A stretch of 64,000 bases of DNA from positions 224,001-288,000 of the forward strand of contig BK006945.2 in the NCBI GenBank assembly GCA_000146045.2, written 5' to 3'. Position numbers and translations under genes: made by a program. The DNA is from TPA_inf: Saccharomyces (lineage: Eukaryota). Positions within the stretch are counted from its first letter, which is position 1, and every line of letters starts with the position of its first letter. Positions 1 to 11,036 of this stretch are shown in pieces. Under the pieces are notes generated by a model that saw nothing but the letters and a program-made list of their open reading frames with translations, ran no database searches and was not told where the DNA came from.

Positions 1-920
1 TGTTGGTTTTCACTTGCTGAAGCCTGTGGTTCAACAGTACTCGGAGAATCGGCCTTATCTAGTCTCCTTCTGACCTGTAATGCGTAAAATTACGACAAAC
101 GTATTTCGTGAAACAATTGATAGGAAAATTGTCATTTGCTTGTTAAGGCAGTGCATTGAGGCTCTTTAAAGGTACTTTAGAAGTTTATGTTACTATCCTT
201 CTAGCCTGATAGAACAATAAGTAAAGAATTGACATTCAGAAATCAGCCATCATTTCGTTTAGTAGTAGCAATCGCAAGTAGTGACTGTAAGAGATAGAAA
301 TGTGTACTTCAGTCTGGAACTGGGGCGCTTGTGAAGGATGTGTGCCGATCTCAGGCTGTTGATGAAGGTCTCTTCAAATACTATATTATTATCTTTTAGT
401 AGGTCCCAGGAAGTGCCTTATTCTCAACATGTTCAGCGTTTATCTTTCTCAGCCTGAATGTATTTCAAACGATGACTAGAAGAGATTAGTACCCCTTATA
501 TAATCCTCGAAAATGTTGCTATCTCAGTGAATTGAAAGTTCATGCTGACGTCTTTATCAGCGTTATCCATTGCCTTGTTCTTTTCAGTGCAGTGGCAGAT
601 GTTACGAGGGTCAAATAATTTTTGAATATATATAGAAATGGCTACTTACTATAATTAAAAATAAATATGAAAAATAAAACTTCAGTACCCCACATCATTC
701 TCATTTTTTTCTGTTTGTTTGATTTTTAGGAATTTGGCTCCATCATGAACATTCGTTAGCGTATGATATCACTTTTTCATTATCTCCTATTGTTACTTTA
801 CTTTTCATATAGATATCCTTCATCCCGTGTAGGTCTACTACGCAAAAATGAATTCTAGTAATTAATAATAATGATATAAAAAAGGCTAAGTGCACATTAC
901 TAAAAACGAAACTAAGATCC

Positions 921-1172
921 TTAGTCTGAGTTGATATCACCTGCGAAAATACCTTTTTCTCTTTGATCATCCCATTTTTCGATCCAGTCTAGGGGACATA
1001 AGGCGTTATAGGTCTTCCAAAAGACCTTGCACGGAGCAAAATCTTCGCCCTTCATATTAACACACTTGTGATAATCCACATAAGATTGCCAACAATGCTT
1101 TGTTTGGTTTTGTTGGGGAAATCTAGCATCGAAACCAACTGTATGTAGTGGAGAGTTTTCTTGATCAGCCAT
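921..1172 (-). CDS. COX12: Cytochrome c oxidase subunit VIb (YLR038C)
   Basis: 83-aa ORF MADQENSPLHTVGFDARFPQQNQTKHCWQSYVDYHKCVNMKGEDFAPCK... recognised as COX12. The 83-aa length fits. Confidence 0.9.
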   Translation of the reverse strand: MADQENSPLHTVGFDARFPQQNQTKHCWQSYVDYHKCVNMKGEDFAPCKVFWKTYNALCPLDWIEKWDDQREKGIFAGDINSD

Positions 1173-1425
1173 GTCTATTATACTGTATTTATGTGCTTGT
1201 TCCTATTTGTGAAAGCAAAGATACTTTATGTATTCTTACTAAAATATTTGTATATCTCTGCTAATCATTTTAATGCAACTTTTCTATCTGGTGCATCTTT
1301 CATCACCTTTTAAAGATCCTGAAGGGATGGGGATATCGGGCAAAACTACGCGCGACGCATTTCTGAAAATTGATTGGTCAATGTTATGAAGCTATATGGT
1401 AAAGAATACATGGTGTCATATAGAT

Positions 1426-4400
1426 TTATTTGAATCTCTCGAGTGCTTTTTGAACCAATTGTGTGTTGTTTTCTCTGTCTAATTCCTTGAGTAAGCGTAT
1501 TAATTGGAAACACATGTCCCACGAATCGGTAGCTTTAATTGGGTCTGTGGCGTTTGCAGCACTTGTCACCAAAAGCTCTAAGACTTTAAGCATTAATTCT
1601 TCATCCTTCAATAAATTAGTGACAGATTTCTCTGACTTTTTTGTAGAGTTATCATTTAGAGCTTTGCTTTCCTCAGTCCCTAAATCTGATTTCTTAAAAT
1701 GTAGATCATCTCCCAAATCTTTCTCATCGTAATTTAAAAACACTAACAGAAGTACGCCAAGCATTTTAGCCTCATTTTCTTCGATACAGAGTGCTAATAA
1801 ATCTCTTGGTGTCATCTTTAGATTAGTGAATAGATGGTTCCAGTATTTAGTTTCGATCTTCCTTAAACAATTACTAATAATTTCTAACATACCACTGTGG
1901 GTTGGTGGTGAAATATTATGCTCAGGATCGGTGTTGTCATACATCTTAATTAATTTCAGGATATCATCCAAAGAGTCGCTTCGCAGTATTTTAGTAGACA
2001 AAATCTTTTCGAGTGCAAATTTGTAAGGCTTTAAAAAACGATAATTGTGTGAAATATCCTCCAAATCTGTGTTGTCTTCTAATTTGGCTAAGATTAATTG
2101 GTCGAGGTATATTTGGTGTTTCACCACCAATTTGGAAAATCGCGCGTTAAAAATGCAGTGAAGTGTATGTGTTGTAGCTGTTTCTGGGGTGGTTGATATT
2201 GGATACAAATCTTCTTCGATTGGAATGGAAACTAGTGGCTTTTTATCATCCCATAAATCTTCCAAAGAGTATACGACGTAATTATGGCCTTGAACTACAA
2301 ATATTTCGTCCCTGATAACATCGATTATTTTTTCTATGTTATCCAACAAAGTTAAGGTTTGCCAGCCCCCTCCATCCACTTTGCCAAGCTTTATAAATTT
2401 CCTATCGGCAAAAAATAACAAGCCCTCCTTCATGTTAATTATCCACTCAATTTTGTTGGGTAAAACATCAATTGGAATGTTAATTTTGAGATACTGGTAG
2501 AATTTTTTGATGATGTTTAATCCACATGGATGTACAGTAGAAATTACATCGAAGACAATTGTCTGTGTATCAGTAACTAAAATAATCTCGGCAGTTTTAA
2601 GCAATGCATCAGGTTGTTTTTCAGAAGCATTGTGATTCTTGGATTTCATTTTCAACAACTTATACCGGGATAAAGTATTAACATGTAAACTGAAAACAAT
2701 CGTATTCTCTGGAACATTGTATTCCCACATGACATAATCTGATAGTTCCACGTCCGGATTCGCTTCTTGCAGTGGAATCTGCAGACATTTCAGATTTGTT
2801 GAGCCATCATCATTCTTCATATGACAAACCAAATAATTATCACCTAGCCAATGTAAATCCAACACGTTTTGGTCAGCAAAACTAGACCACATATTGGTCT
2901 CTAGATTGTGGATAAGCAGTATGTTTTTGTTCGACACATAAGTAGCAAATAACCTCAAGGAAGAATTAATTTTTACAAAAGCAATATGATTATTGAAAGT
3001 CTTTGTAGGAAGTTTTATGACTTGTAAATTATCATTATTGATTGAAGAACTTGTCACAGGTGAATATATGATTACATCATTGTTCGTATTGGTTAATACG
3101 TAACATTTTGGGTTTCTGAAATCAAATTGTGTTTGTTTTATTTCTTCCCATAATTTCCAAACTTGATATTTTCCGGAATGAGACACTGTTATTAGTGATT
3201 TATCCAAGCATACAAAATCAGAAATTTTATATTCAGCCGCCTTTTTCTCATTTTTATCCTTGCTGTTGTCATTATTGTTATCACCATTATAATCATCTTC
3301 GTCAAAATATGTAGCGAATAGCAGATTCCCAAATTCTGTGTAAAAATGAATGTTAACACTATCCTCAGAAACCAAAAGTAATATTTTATCATTAATTTTA
3401 TCGCAAAGTTTTATCACAAATGGTGGTTTCCAAGAATGGCTTACTTTTTTAATTCTTGTATCAAAGCAGATTATTTTTTCTTTGTAAACGACCACCAGGT
3501 ATCCATTAACTTCTAGGCAAGTCAAAAGTTCATCTGGTGTGTCCGTTAACGGTATTGCTTCAACAGCTTGCTTTTCAATGTCTATAATGCTTACAATAGT
3601 CTGCTTTTCGACGGAATCATGAGATAAAACCATTAATTGTTTATTACACACAATTGTCTTGGATCCCTTCTTCACTTCAACCAACGAGCTCTTGCTAACT
3701 TTAAAATCCGATATTGTAAGTATTTGTAATCCATGAGGGAATAAAACTATCAAAACTTCTTCATAACGCCCATCCCCGACTTTGGAAAATGTCTTGATGC
3801 CAATCATGTCTATGATTTCATAGTCAAATTTAAGAACTACTTTTAAACGAAGTTCTAGTTTTTTCACGGGGAGTTCATCAATGTTTTCTTGATTAGAAAG
3901 AAAGTGTAAAAACCCTTTTTCCTTAGTTATGCCAAATCCATTCTGTATAATTCTTGAAGAACTATTTTTATCAAATACCGTGAGAGTATCATCATCGTTG
4001 TTATAGTCATATTCAGCACTGTTCGCTTCTTCTTCACTCATTAAAAGAGGCTCTATGACGGGTATGCCGTATTCTTTGAAAATTATTTCATTTGTGCAGT
4101 TTTTTAAAATTTGGTATGTTAAAAGGAAGTTTTTATCAGTCATTACGTAAAATATCAGCTTTCCCTGGTGCCACAATAAGTATTGCGAGTCCTTTTTTGA
4201 AATAAGCCCTTCGATGATATCATTATATGGAGCTGATCGTTTCATTGATCTGTTATCGCCAAATTCCTTAAGAGAAGCCATTGTTCGTTCATGGCTAGCT
4301 ACTAGTGCCATTGGTTTGAAGTTGTAAATGAGCACTCTTGTTGGGGTTAGCATGATAAGAACATTGGCCTGGGGTAGTGTCATTGATTGAAGAATATTGC

Positions 4401-4596
4401 AATCATCTATTTTAGTACCCTCACCTAATTCGGCGTTGCGGGGTGGAATTCTAAGCAATTGGGGCGGACTGACTGGCCATAAGTGCATTTTCCACGTGTT
4501 CAGTTTCTTACAGCTTCCGGTCAATAACACTCTTACCTTACCTTTTTTTTTGTAGAGGCATTTAGGTGTATTTTTTTCAGACTGTTTGATGAACAT
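1426..4596 (-). CDS. RIC1: Ric1, subunit of the Ric1-Rgp1 GEF for Ypt6 (YLR039C)
   Basis: The ORF track gives 1083 aa from an upstream ATG at 4677. The internal Met at [17 protein letters not shown] gives 1056 aa, which matches the RIC1 length I recall. WD-repeat-like content. Confidence 0.8.
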
Positions 4597-4907
4597 CAAA
4601 GGCGTCGGTATTGCCGAATTAACATCAAAGAACAAAAGCCTGCCATAAAACGACAGAAAAGACAAGATTTTGGCCAAGATGGCAACGCCATTCAGAAGTT
4701 ATAATAATATGTTAAAAATAAATCGTTTGATACTGTACAAAGTTGATGTTCATCGTTGTCACTAAAAACGCTCTTAAAATCGAATTGTCCATTGAAAAAG
4801 TACATACTTATATACATATTTGTATAAATAATACACATATTATAAAAAAAGCGAAAAGGGATGGCGGACCTCCCATGGAATTAAATTGTCAAATTTGGTT
4901 GAGGCAC

Positions 4908-5582
4908 TTAAAGGGCAACTGCAAAGATTCCGAACAACGCCATGGGGAAATATAAGCTTTTGGCATGGGCACCATTCTGTGATTGACTAGTTCTGGATGT
5001 TGAAGAAGAGTTTGATGCGGATATAAGTGCTGTTGTACTGTTTTCTTCATTAGCCATGGAAATCATGGACTGGCCTGCGTTCGCTGTCGAGAAAGGAACA
5101 GAATTGGAAACGGAGTTTTTTTGGCTGGCATAAGATGAGTTAGTCATGGTAGCTTCTGTCTCACCTGTTATGAAGTGTTGGGGAAGGTATATGGTGGTGG
5201 CGGAGGCTTTGTTTAGCAAAGAGGTATACCATGGAAAGGCCGTAATGAATGTTTGGAATTGAGTGAACGGAAAACTCTGAGCAATATCAGATTGTAAATC
5301 TGCTGTTGAGGCCAAATCAACCATGTGATAGTAGTAGTCAGCAACAGGTTGAGGTAGGGTTAAATGGTTTTGCATCATGTATGAGGTATACTGTGGAAAA
5401 GCGGTGTCGAAATCGTTTAAAAACTCCATGAAGAATGCCATGTCTGCATCTGCAGCTGCGGACCTGGCAAGTGTATCGTCATTGGAACTAGACGTTAAAG
5501 TTTTGGCAGCAAAACTGTGGCTGATTAGAAAGCTTACCAGGAGAATATTTTTAATGAGGGAGAAAGAAGGAGCAAATATCAT
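4908..5582 (-). CDS. AFB1: a-factor barrier protein, Ser/Thr-rich secreted/GPI-type (YLR040C)
   Basis: 224-aa ORF with N-terminal signal peptide (MIFAPSFSLIKNILLVSFLISHSFA) and a Ser-rich C-terminus ending in a hydrophobic tail. Matches the YLR040C length and position next to YLR042C. Confidence 0.75.
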   Translation of the reverse strand: MIFAPSFSLIKNILLVSFLISHSFAAKTLTSSSNDDTLARSAAADADMAFFMEFLNDFDTAFPQYTSYMMQNHLTLPQPVADYYYHMVDLASTADLQSDIAQSFPFTQFQTFITAFPWYTSLLNKASATTIYLPQHFITGETEATMTNSSYASQKNSVSNSVPFSTANAGQSMISMANEENSTTALISASNSSSTSRTSQSQNGAHAKSLYFPMALFGIFAVAL

Positions 5583-5697
5583 TGATACGCAATATTTTCA
5601 GGAATGTTGTAAATGGTTCGTAACTGGATATCGAAATCACTTGATTAGAAACAATACGCCGGAATATGATCAGGTAAAGCAGAATAACAAAGAATAA
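5377..5697 (+). other. Dubious ORF antisense to AFB1 (YLR041W-like, 106 aa)
   Basis: 106-aa ORF fully overlapping AFB1 on the opposite strand. No recognisable domain. Probably non-coding. Confidence 0.3.
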
Positions 5698-5965
5698 ACT
5701 TTCTCGATTGAGAGTGTCTTTTTAAATCATCCAAGCTCTTGAATTTTCTAGCATAGCCTTGGATGACAGCAATAAAAAATTTGCCAGGATTTTTCCCTAT
5801 TTGGGCGTTCAATGAAGATAACGTTTGAAATATTAAAAACTAAAAAAAGAAAAAGGTTTGAAGCAATTAATAATTTATTAAGTTTTTTTTTATTTATCAT
5901 ACTTAAGAATATGGAGACCACGGGTTTTCTTACACCTGCGAAGACCTTGAACCTAATATATTTGT

Positions 5966-6451
5966 TTAAGAAAACAAATAAGCGATTGTTTCTAACATTA
6001 AAACGAAGTAAAGACATGGCTTGACTGAACCTACACCTCCTGTGCTTGTACTTGAACTTATAGTATTAGTTGTTTGAGAGCTTTTTGTTTCATTTCTCGA
6101 CGAAGAAGGCAATGGCGTGAACTGGGTGACTACCGTAGAATTTGAGGATTGGTAATTTATAGATGTTATGACGCTGGAAGTGACTTTTGGTATAGACGAC
6201 GATGATGAAGAACCGGTGAAATTAGCAGCAGCTAATGAACCAGTAATAATGCTGGAAGAGGTGGTGCTTGGAAGATGAAGTAGTTGATCGTTAGAATTTC
6301 CAGTGTCAAGAAAGGTGTATTGCACTTTCTGTCCAAGGGCAGTATTCAAATCCTGAGCATTTGAATCTGTGAGAAGTTGCGCTTGAACAATGAACAGTTG
6401 TAGTAGCACAATTGGGGCGAAAGCTAAAGAGCCAAATTGACTGATCTTCAT
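5966..6451 (-). CDS. Ser/Thr-rich cell-wall protein, GPI-anchor type (YLR042C)
   Basis: 161-aa ORF with signal peptide (MKISQFGSLAFAPIVLLQLFIVQA), S/T-rich body and hydrophobic C-terminus typical of GPI cell-wall proteins. Sits between AFB1 and TRX1 as at the native locus. Confidence 0.75.
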   Translation of the reverse strand: MKISQFGSLAFAPIVLLQLFIVQAQLLTDSNAQDLNTALGQKVQYTFLDTGNSNDQLLHLPSTTSSSIITGSLAAANFTGSSSSSSIPKVTSSVITSINYQSSNSTVVTQFTPLPSSSRNETKSSQTTNTISSSTSTGGVGSVKPCLYFVLMLETIAYLFS

Positions 6452-7701
6452 ATTTTTTTTGATTTGTTGACGAGCTATAGGATGATGAAACGGAGGGATA
6501 TCAAAGTACGTTCTTCAAGCTTACAATTTCTCAAGGTGCTTTACTGGTCAAGATATTCAATATATAGCTAAATATTTATACAAAATGTTTGTTGACGGTT
6601 TGTTTATAGTGTTTTCAAAACACCACGAAAAGACTTCATTCTTGCATTCTTTTTTCTACAAGATGAGTCTATACATCTGAAACTGCGACGCCATTTTTTC
6701 CGCTGTTCGGGGCATTCTTGGCCAAATCCTCGAAAGAAATAAAACGTCAAAAGTAAAAAAGGTGGGCTAGACGAAACGTTATTATACGTCATAATTGTAG
6801 CCGTGTATGAGTGGGTGGAACTTGTATAAATAAACAAGTTCTTACTTATCATATTCTCGCATGCAATGAAATTCTCCAGATTATGACGCTTAGGTCTGGC
6901 CAGACGGCTAATGAGGTCCAGAGGAAATAGAAGGATTGTAAGCGGCCTCCACTAAATTTTGACCCCTCATACATGCTTGTTCAAACACAAAAGATTGAGG
7001 TTGAAAACTTGGCAAGAATTGGGCTAGGAGAAAGTGGCCAGGTGCTTCTTGTTCAGAACCAAGCAGATATGCTAGCACAATGTGCACCGTTCTATTTTTT
7101 TCTATAGTGTGTTTACATTTCTTGGCACATTGCGTTCGGTTTCAAATTTGTATAATTATTATTGGAGCGAGACAGGCGTTTCTGTACCGCTGTTATTTTT
7201 AACATCCACTGCGTTTTATGTATCTCTAAAATTGTGCGTTGCCTTTCTTTTGTTTATATTTTTGTTCAAAAAATGAGTTAATAATGATTTTTCATCTTCG
7301 GCTTACCGGTCTTGAAAATATTTGTTAAGACAACAGTGGATAAAATAAAACTAAACAACTCAAGCAAAAGTATTCCACTTCTTAAACAAAGCCCAACTGA
7401 AAGGTTGCGAAATACTATGTCATTTTGATTTAATCATCTAATGCTCGAGAAAATTTCAGAGCCGTAATACTTAAGTAATCGGAAGAAAAGTATCTCATTC
7501 TTCATTTTTCTCCAAATATATACCTCTTGTGTGAAAAATTAATTGTTTCCTCCACCTCCTTTGTGTGGTGGGCAATTGTGTGCTTCCGAGTAAATAACAA
7601 AACATAAGGATAATATATAATTCTGTTTTTTTGTCTAAAAAAGGTAAACTATATATAACAAACACAGTATAGAAACACAATATATCGGTCATTGGGTGAG
7701 T

Positions 7702-8013
7702 TTAAGCATTAGCAGCAATGGCTTGCTTAATAGCCGCTGGGTTGGCACCAACAACCTTTGCAACTTCCTTACCGTTCTTGAATAGAAGCAAAGTTGGCAT
7801 AGCGGAAACTTCATTCTTTTGTGCAACATCACCCAATTCATCGACATCCAATTTATAGAAATCAGCTTGTGGGTATTGTTCAGAGAATTTTTCAATCATT
7901 GGAGCAATCATTTTACATGGACCGCACCAAGTGGCGTAGAAATCTACGACAACTAGCTTGTCTTGAGCAATTGCAGAGTCGAATTCGCTGGCAGTTTTGA
8001 ATTGAGTAACCAT
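7702..8013 (-). CDS. TRX1: Cytoplasmic thioredoxin 1 (YLR043C)
   Basis: 103-aa ORF with WCGPC active site (MVTQFKTASEFDSAIAQDKLVVVDFYATWCGPCKMIAP...). Confidence 0.95.
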   Translation of the reverse strand: MVTQFKTASEFDSAIAQDKLVVVDFYATWCGPCKMIAPMIEKFSEQYPQADFYKLDVDELGDVAQKNEVSAMPTLLLFKNGKEVAKVVGANPAAIKQAIAANA

Positions 8014-8389
8014 TATTTGTATCGAGGTGTCTAGTCTTCTATTACACTAATGCAGTTTCAGGGTTTTGGAAACCACACTGTTTAAACAGTGTTCCTTAAT
8101 CAAGGATACCTCTTTTTTTTTCCTTGGTTCCACTAATTCATCGGTTTTTTTTTTGGAAGACATCTTTTCCAACGAAAAGAATATACATATCGTTTAAGAG
8201 AAATTCTCCAAATTTGTAAAGAAGCGGACCCAGACTTAAGCCTAACCAGGCCAATTCAACAGACTGTCGGCAACTTCTTGTCTGGTCTTTCCATGGTAAG
8301 TGACAGTGCAGTAATAATATGAACCAATTTATTTTTCGTTACATAAAAATGCTTATAAAACTTTAACTAATAATTAGAGATTAAATCGC

Positions 8390-10081
8390 TTATTGCTTAG
8401 CGTTGGTAGCAGCAGTCAACTTAGCTTGTTCAACCAAGTTTTGTGGAGCATCGAAGACTGGCAACATGATTTCAATCATTCTGATCTTAGAGTTGTCGTT
8501 GAAAGACTTGTCTTGGGTCAACTTGTCCCATTCACCGGTGGTAGCGACTCTGTGGGTTTCATAGTCCTTAGCACCGAAAGTTGGCAACAAGGATAGGTGG
8601 TCCCAACCTTGAATTTCGTTGTATTGAGCCTTTGGACCGTGAATCAACTTTTCAATGGTGTAACCATCGTTGTTCAAGACGAACAAGTATGGCTTCAAGC
8701 CCCATCTGATCATGGTGGAGATTTCTTGAACAGTCAATTGCAAAGAACCGTCACCAATGAATAAGATAACTCTCTTCTTTGGATCAATTTCTTCAGCAGC
8801 GAAAGCAGCACCCAAGGTAGCACCAGTGGTGAAACCAATGGAACCCCATAAGACTTGAGAGATACCGTAGGTGTTGTTTGGGAAAGTGGTTTGGTTGATA
8901 CCGAAAGCGGAGGTACCGGTTTCAGCAATGACAACATCACCTTCTTGCAAGAAGTTACCCAATTGGTTCCACATCCATTCTTGCTTCAATGGGGTAGAAG
9001 CTGGGACAGCAGCGTTAGCTGGAGTTCTAGCTGGGACAGCAACTGGCTTGTAACCCTTAGCGGCGTCAGCAATAGTGGTCAACAACTTTTGCAAAACGAA
9101 TTTCATTTGGACACCTGGGAAAGTGGCGTTTCTGATCTTCATGTGGTCGGAGTGGAATTCGACAATGTTCTTGGTCTTGTAAGAGTAAGAGAAAGAACCG
9201 GTGTTGAAATCAGACAACAAAGCACCGACAGACAAAATCAAGTCAGCAGATTCAACGGCTTCCTTAACTTCTGGCTTGGACAAGGTACCGACGTAAACAC
9301 CACCGTATCTTGGGTGTTGTTCGTCAATGGAACCCTTACCCATTGGGGTGACGAAAGCTGGGAATTGAGTCAAGTCAATCAACTTCTTAGTTTCAGCCTT
9401 GACGTCGTGTCTGGAACAACAAGCATCAGCCAAGATAACTGGGTTCTTAGCATCCTTGACCAAAGCCAAGATGGTGTCAATGACTTCCTTTTCGGATTCA
9501 GCATCGTTTGGCTTCAAAGACATGTCAATTGGAGTTTGCAACAACTTAGCTGGGACGTTCAAGTCGACCAAGTTAGCTGGCAAACCTAAGTAGACTGGTC
9601 TTTGGGTGACGTAAGTGGTTCTGATACATCTGTCAATTTCAGCTGGGGCGGTAGCAATGTCAGTGATCATAGCAGTGGTTTCAGAAATGTTGGCAGACAT
9701 TCTGTGGAAAACAGTGAAGTCACCGTTACCCAAGGTGTGGTGCAACAACAATTGCTTAGCTTGAGCAGAGATGGATGGGACACCAACAACGTGCAAAACA
9801 CCGACGTGTTCAGCGTAAGAACCGGCAATACCGTTCAAAGCAGACAATTCACCGACACCGAAGGTGGTGATGATACAAGACATACCCTTGATACGAGCGT
9901 AACCATCAGCGGCGTAAGCAGCGTTCAATTCGTTGGCGTTACCAGCCCATCTCATACCTTCAACTTCGTAGATCTTGTCCAACAAGGACAAGTTGAAGTC
10001 ACCTGGCAAACCGAAAACGGTGTTAACGTTGACTTGCTTTAATCTTTCGAACAAATATTTACCCAAAGTAATTTCAGACAT
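8390..10081 (-). CDS. PDC1: Pyruvate decarboxylase isozyme 1 (YLR044C)
   Basis: 563-aa ORF MSEITLGKYLFERLKQVNVNTVFGLPGDFNLSLLDKIYEVEGMRWAGNANELNAAYAADGYARIKG... ThDP enzyme with very strong codon bias. Confidence 0.97.
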   Translation of the reverse strand: MSEITLGKYLFERLKQVNVNTVFGLPGDFNLSLLDKIYEVEGMRWAGNANELNAAYAADGYARIKGMSCIITTFGVGELSALNGIAGSYAEHVGVLHVVGVPSISAQAKQLLLHHTLGNGDFTVFHRMSANISETTAMITDIATAPAEIDRCIRTTYVTQRPVYLGLPANLVDLNVPAKLLQTPIDMSLKPNDAESEKEVIDTILALVKDAKNPVILADACCSRHDVKAETKKLIDLTQFPAFVTPMGKGSIDEQHPRYGGVYVGTLSKPEVKEAVESADLILSVGALLSDFNTGSFSYSYKTKNIVEFHSDHMKIRNATFPGVQMKFVLQKLLTTIADAAKGYKPVAVPARTPANAAVPASTPLKQEWMWNQLGNFLQEGDVVIAETGTSAFGINQTTFPNNTYGISQVLWGSIGFTTGATLGAAFAAEEIDPKKRVILFIGDGSLQLTVQEISTMIRWGLKPYLFVLNNDGYTIEKLIHGPKAQYNEIQGWDHLSLLPTFGAKDYETHRVATTGEWDKLTQDKSFNDNSKIRMIEIMLPVFDAPQNLVEQAKLTAATNAKQ

Positions 10082-10589
10082 TTTGATTGATTTGACTGTG
10101 TTATTTTGCGTGAGGTTATGAGTAGAAAATAATAATTGAGAAAGGAATATGACAAGAAATATGAAAATAAAGGGAACAAACCCAAATCTGATTGCAAGGA
10201 GAGTGAAAGAGCCTTGTTTATATATTTTTTTTTCCTATGTTCAACGAGGACAGCTAGGTTTATGCAAAAATGTGCCATCACCATAAGCTGATTCAAATGA
10301 GCTAAAAAAAAAATAGTTAGAAAATAAGGTGGTGTTGAACGATAGCAAGTAGATCAAGACACCGTCTAACAGAAAAAGGGGCAGCGGACAATATTATGCA
10401 ATTATGAAGAAAAGTACTCAAAGGGTCGGAAAAATATTCAAACGATATTTGCATAAAATCCTCAATTGATTGATTATTCCATAGTAAAATACCGTAACAA
10501 CACAAAATTGTTCTCAAATTCATAAATTATTCATTTTTTCCACGAGCCTCATCACACGAAAAGTCAGAAGAGCATACATAATCTTTTAA

Positions 10590-10700
10590 ATGCATAGGTT
10601 ATGCATTTTGCAAATGCCACCAGGCAACAAAAATATGCGTTTAGCGGGCGGAATCGGGAAGGAAGCCGGAACCACCAAAAACTGGAAGCTACGTTTTTAA
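10590..10700 (-). promoter_or_regulatory. PDC1 upstream activating region with clustered GGAAG/CTTCC (Gcr1-type CT box) motifs
   Basis: About 510-620 bp upstream of the PDC1 ATG: cgggaaggaagccggaacc, ctggaagct. A near-palindrome GCATTTTGCAAATGC lies adjacent. Glycolytic-gene UAS organisation (Rap1/Gcr1) is established, but the exact factor sites are not verified here. Confidence 0.4.
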
Positions 10701-11036
10701 GGAAGGTATGGGTGCAGTGTGCTTATCTCAAGAAATATTAGTTATGATATAAGGTGTTGAAGTTTAGAGATAGGTAAATAAACGCGGGGTGTGTTTATTA
10801 CATGAAGAAGAAGTTAGTTTCTGCCTTGCTTGTTTATCTTGCACATCACATCAGCGGAACATATGCTCACCCAGTCGCATGTTGTTACCCTCATGAAACA
10901 TGTATGAGATATTACTTTGAATAGGTTACTTGCATGCATTTCGGCGTGCGGGTACCACCTCTTTGCATGAGCTTGTTCCTTTTTCAAGTTGAAGACTATA
11001 TATTTTATTGAGTTTATGTTATGGGGAGGCTACCCT

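Noticed and set aside
1-360. Window begins TGTTGG, reminiscent of Ty delta/sigma LTR termini
   Set aside because: Similarity ends after 6 nt. There is no LTR-like body, inverted terminal repeat or target-site duplication.
743-970. 75-aa ORF overlapping the 3' end of COX12 on the same strand in a different frame
   Set aside because: It overlaps COX12 coding sequence and is hydrophobic and low-complexity. Spurious.
6604-6852. 82-aa ORF in the YLR042C-TRX1 intergenic region
   Set aside because: No recognisable motif. The translation is Arg/Cys/Ser-rich and low-complexity, and I know of no annotated gene here. It cannot be excluded as a small ORF without conservation data.
8855-9589. 244-aa ORF (and a 146-aa ORF at 9602..10042) antisense within PDC1
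   Set aside because: Extreme codon bias of the highly expressed PDC1 leaves the opposite strand free of stops. The translations are low-complexity (S/W/V-rich) and non-protein-like.
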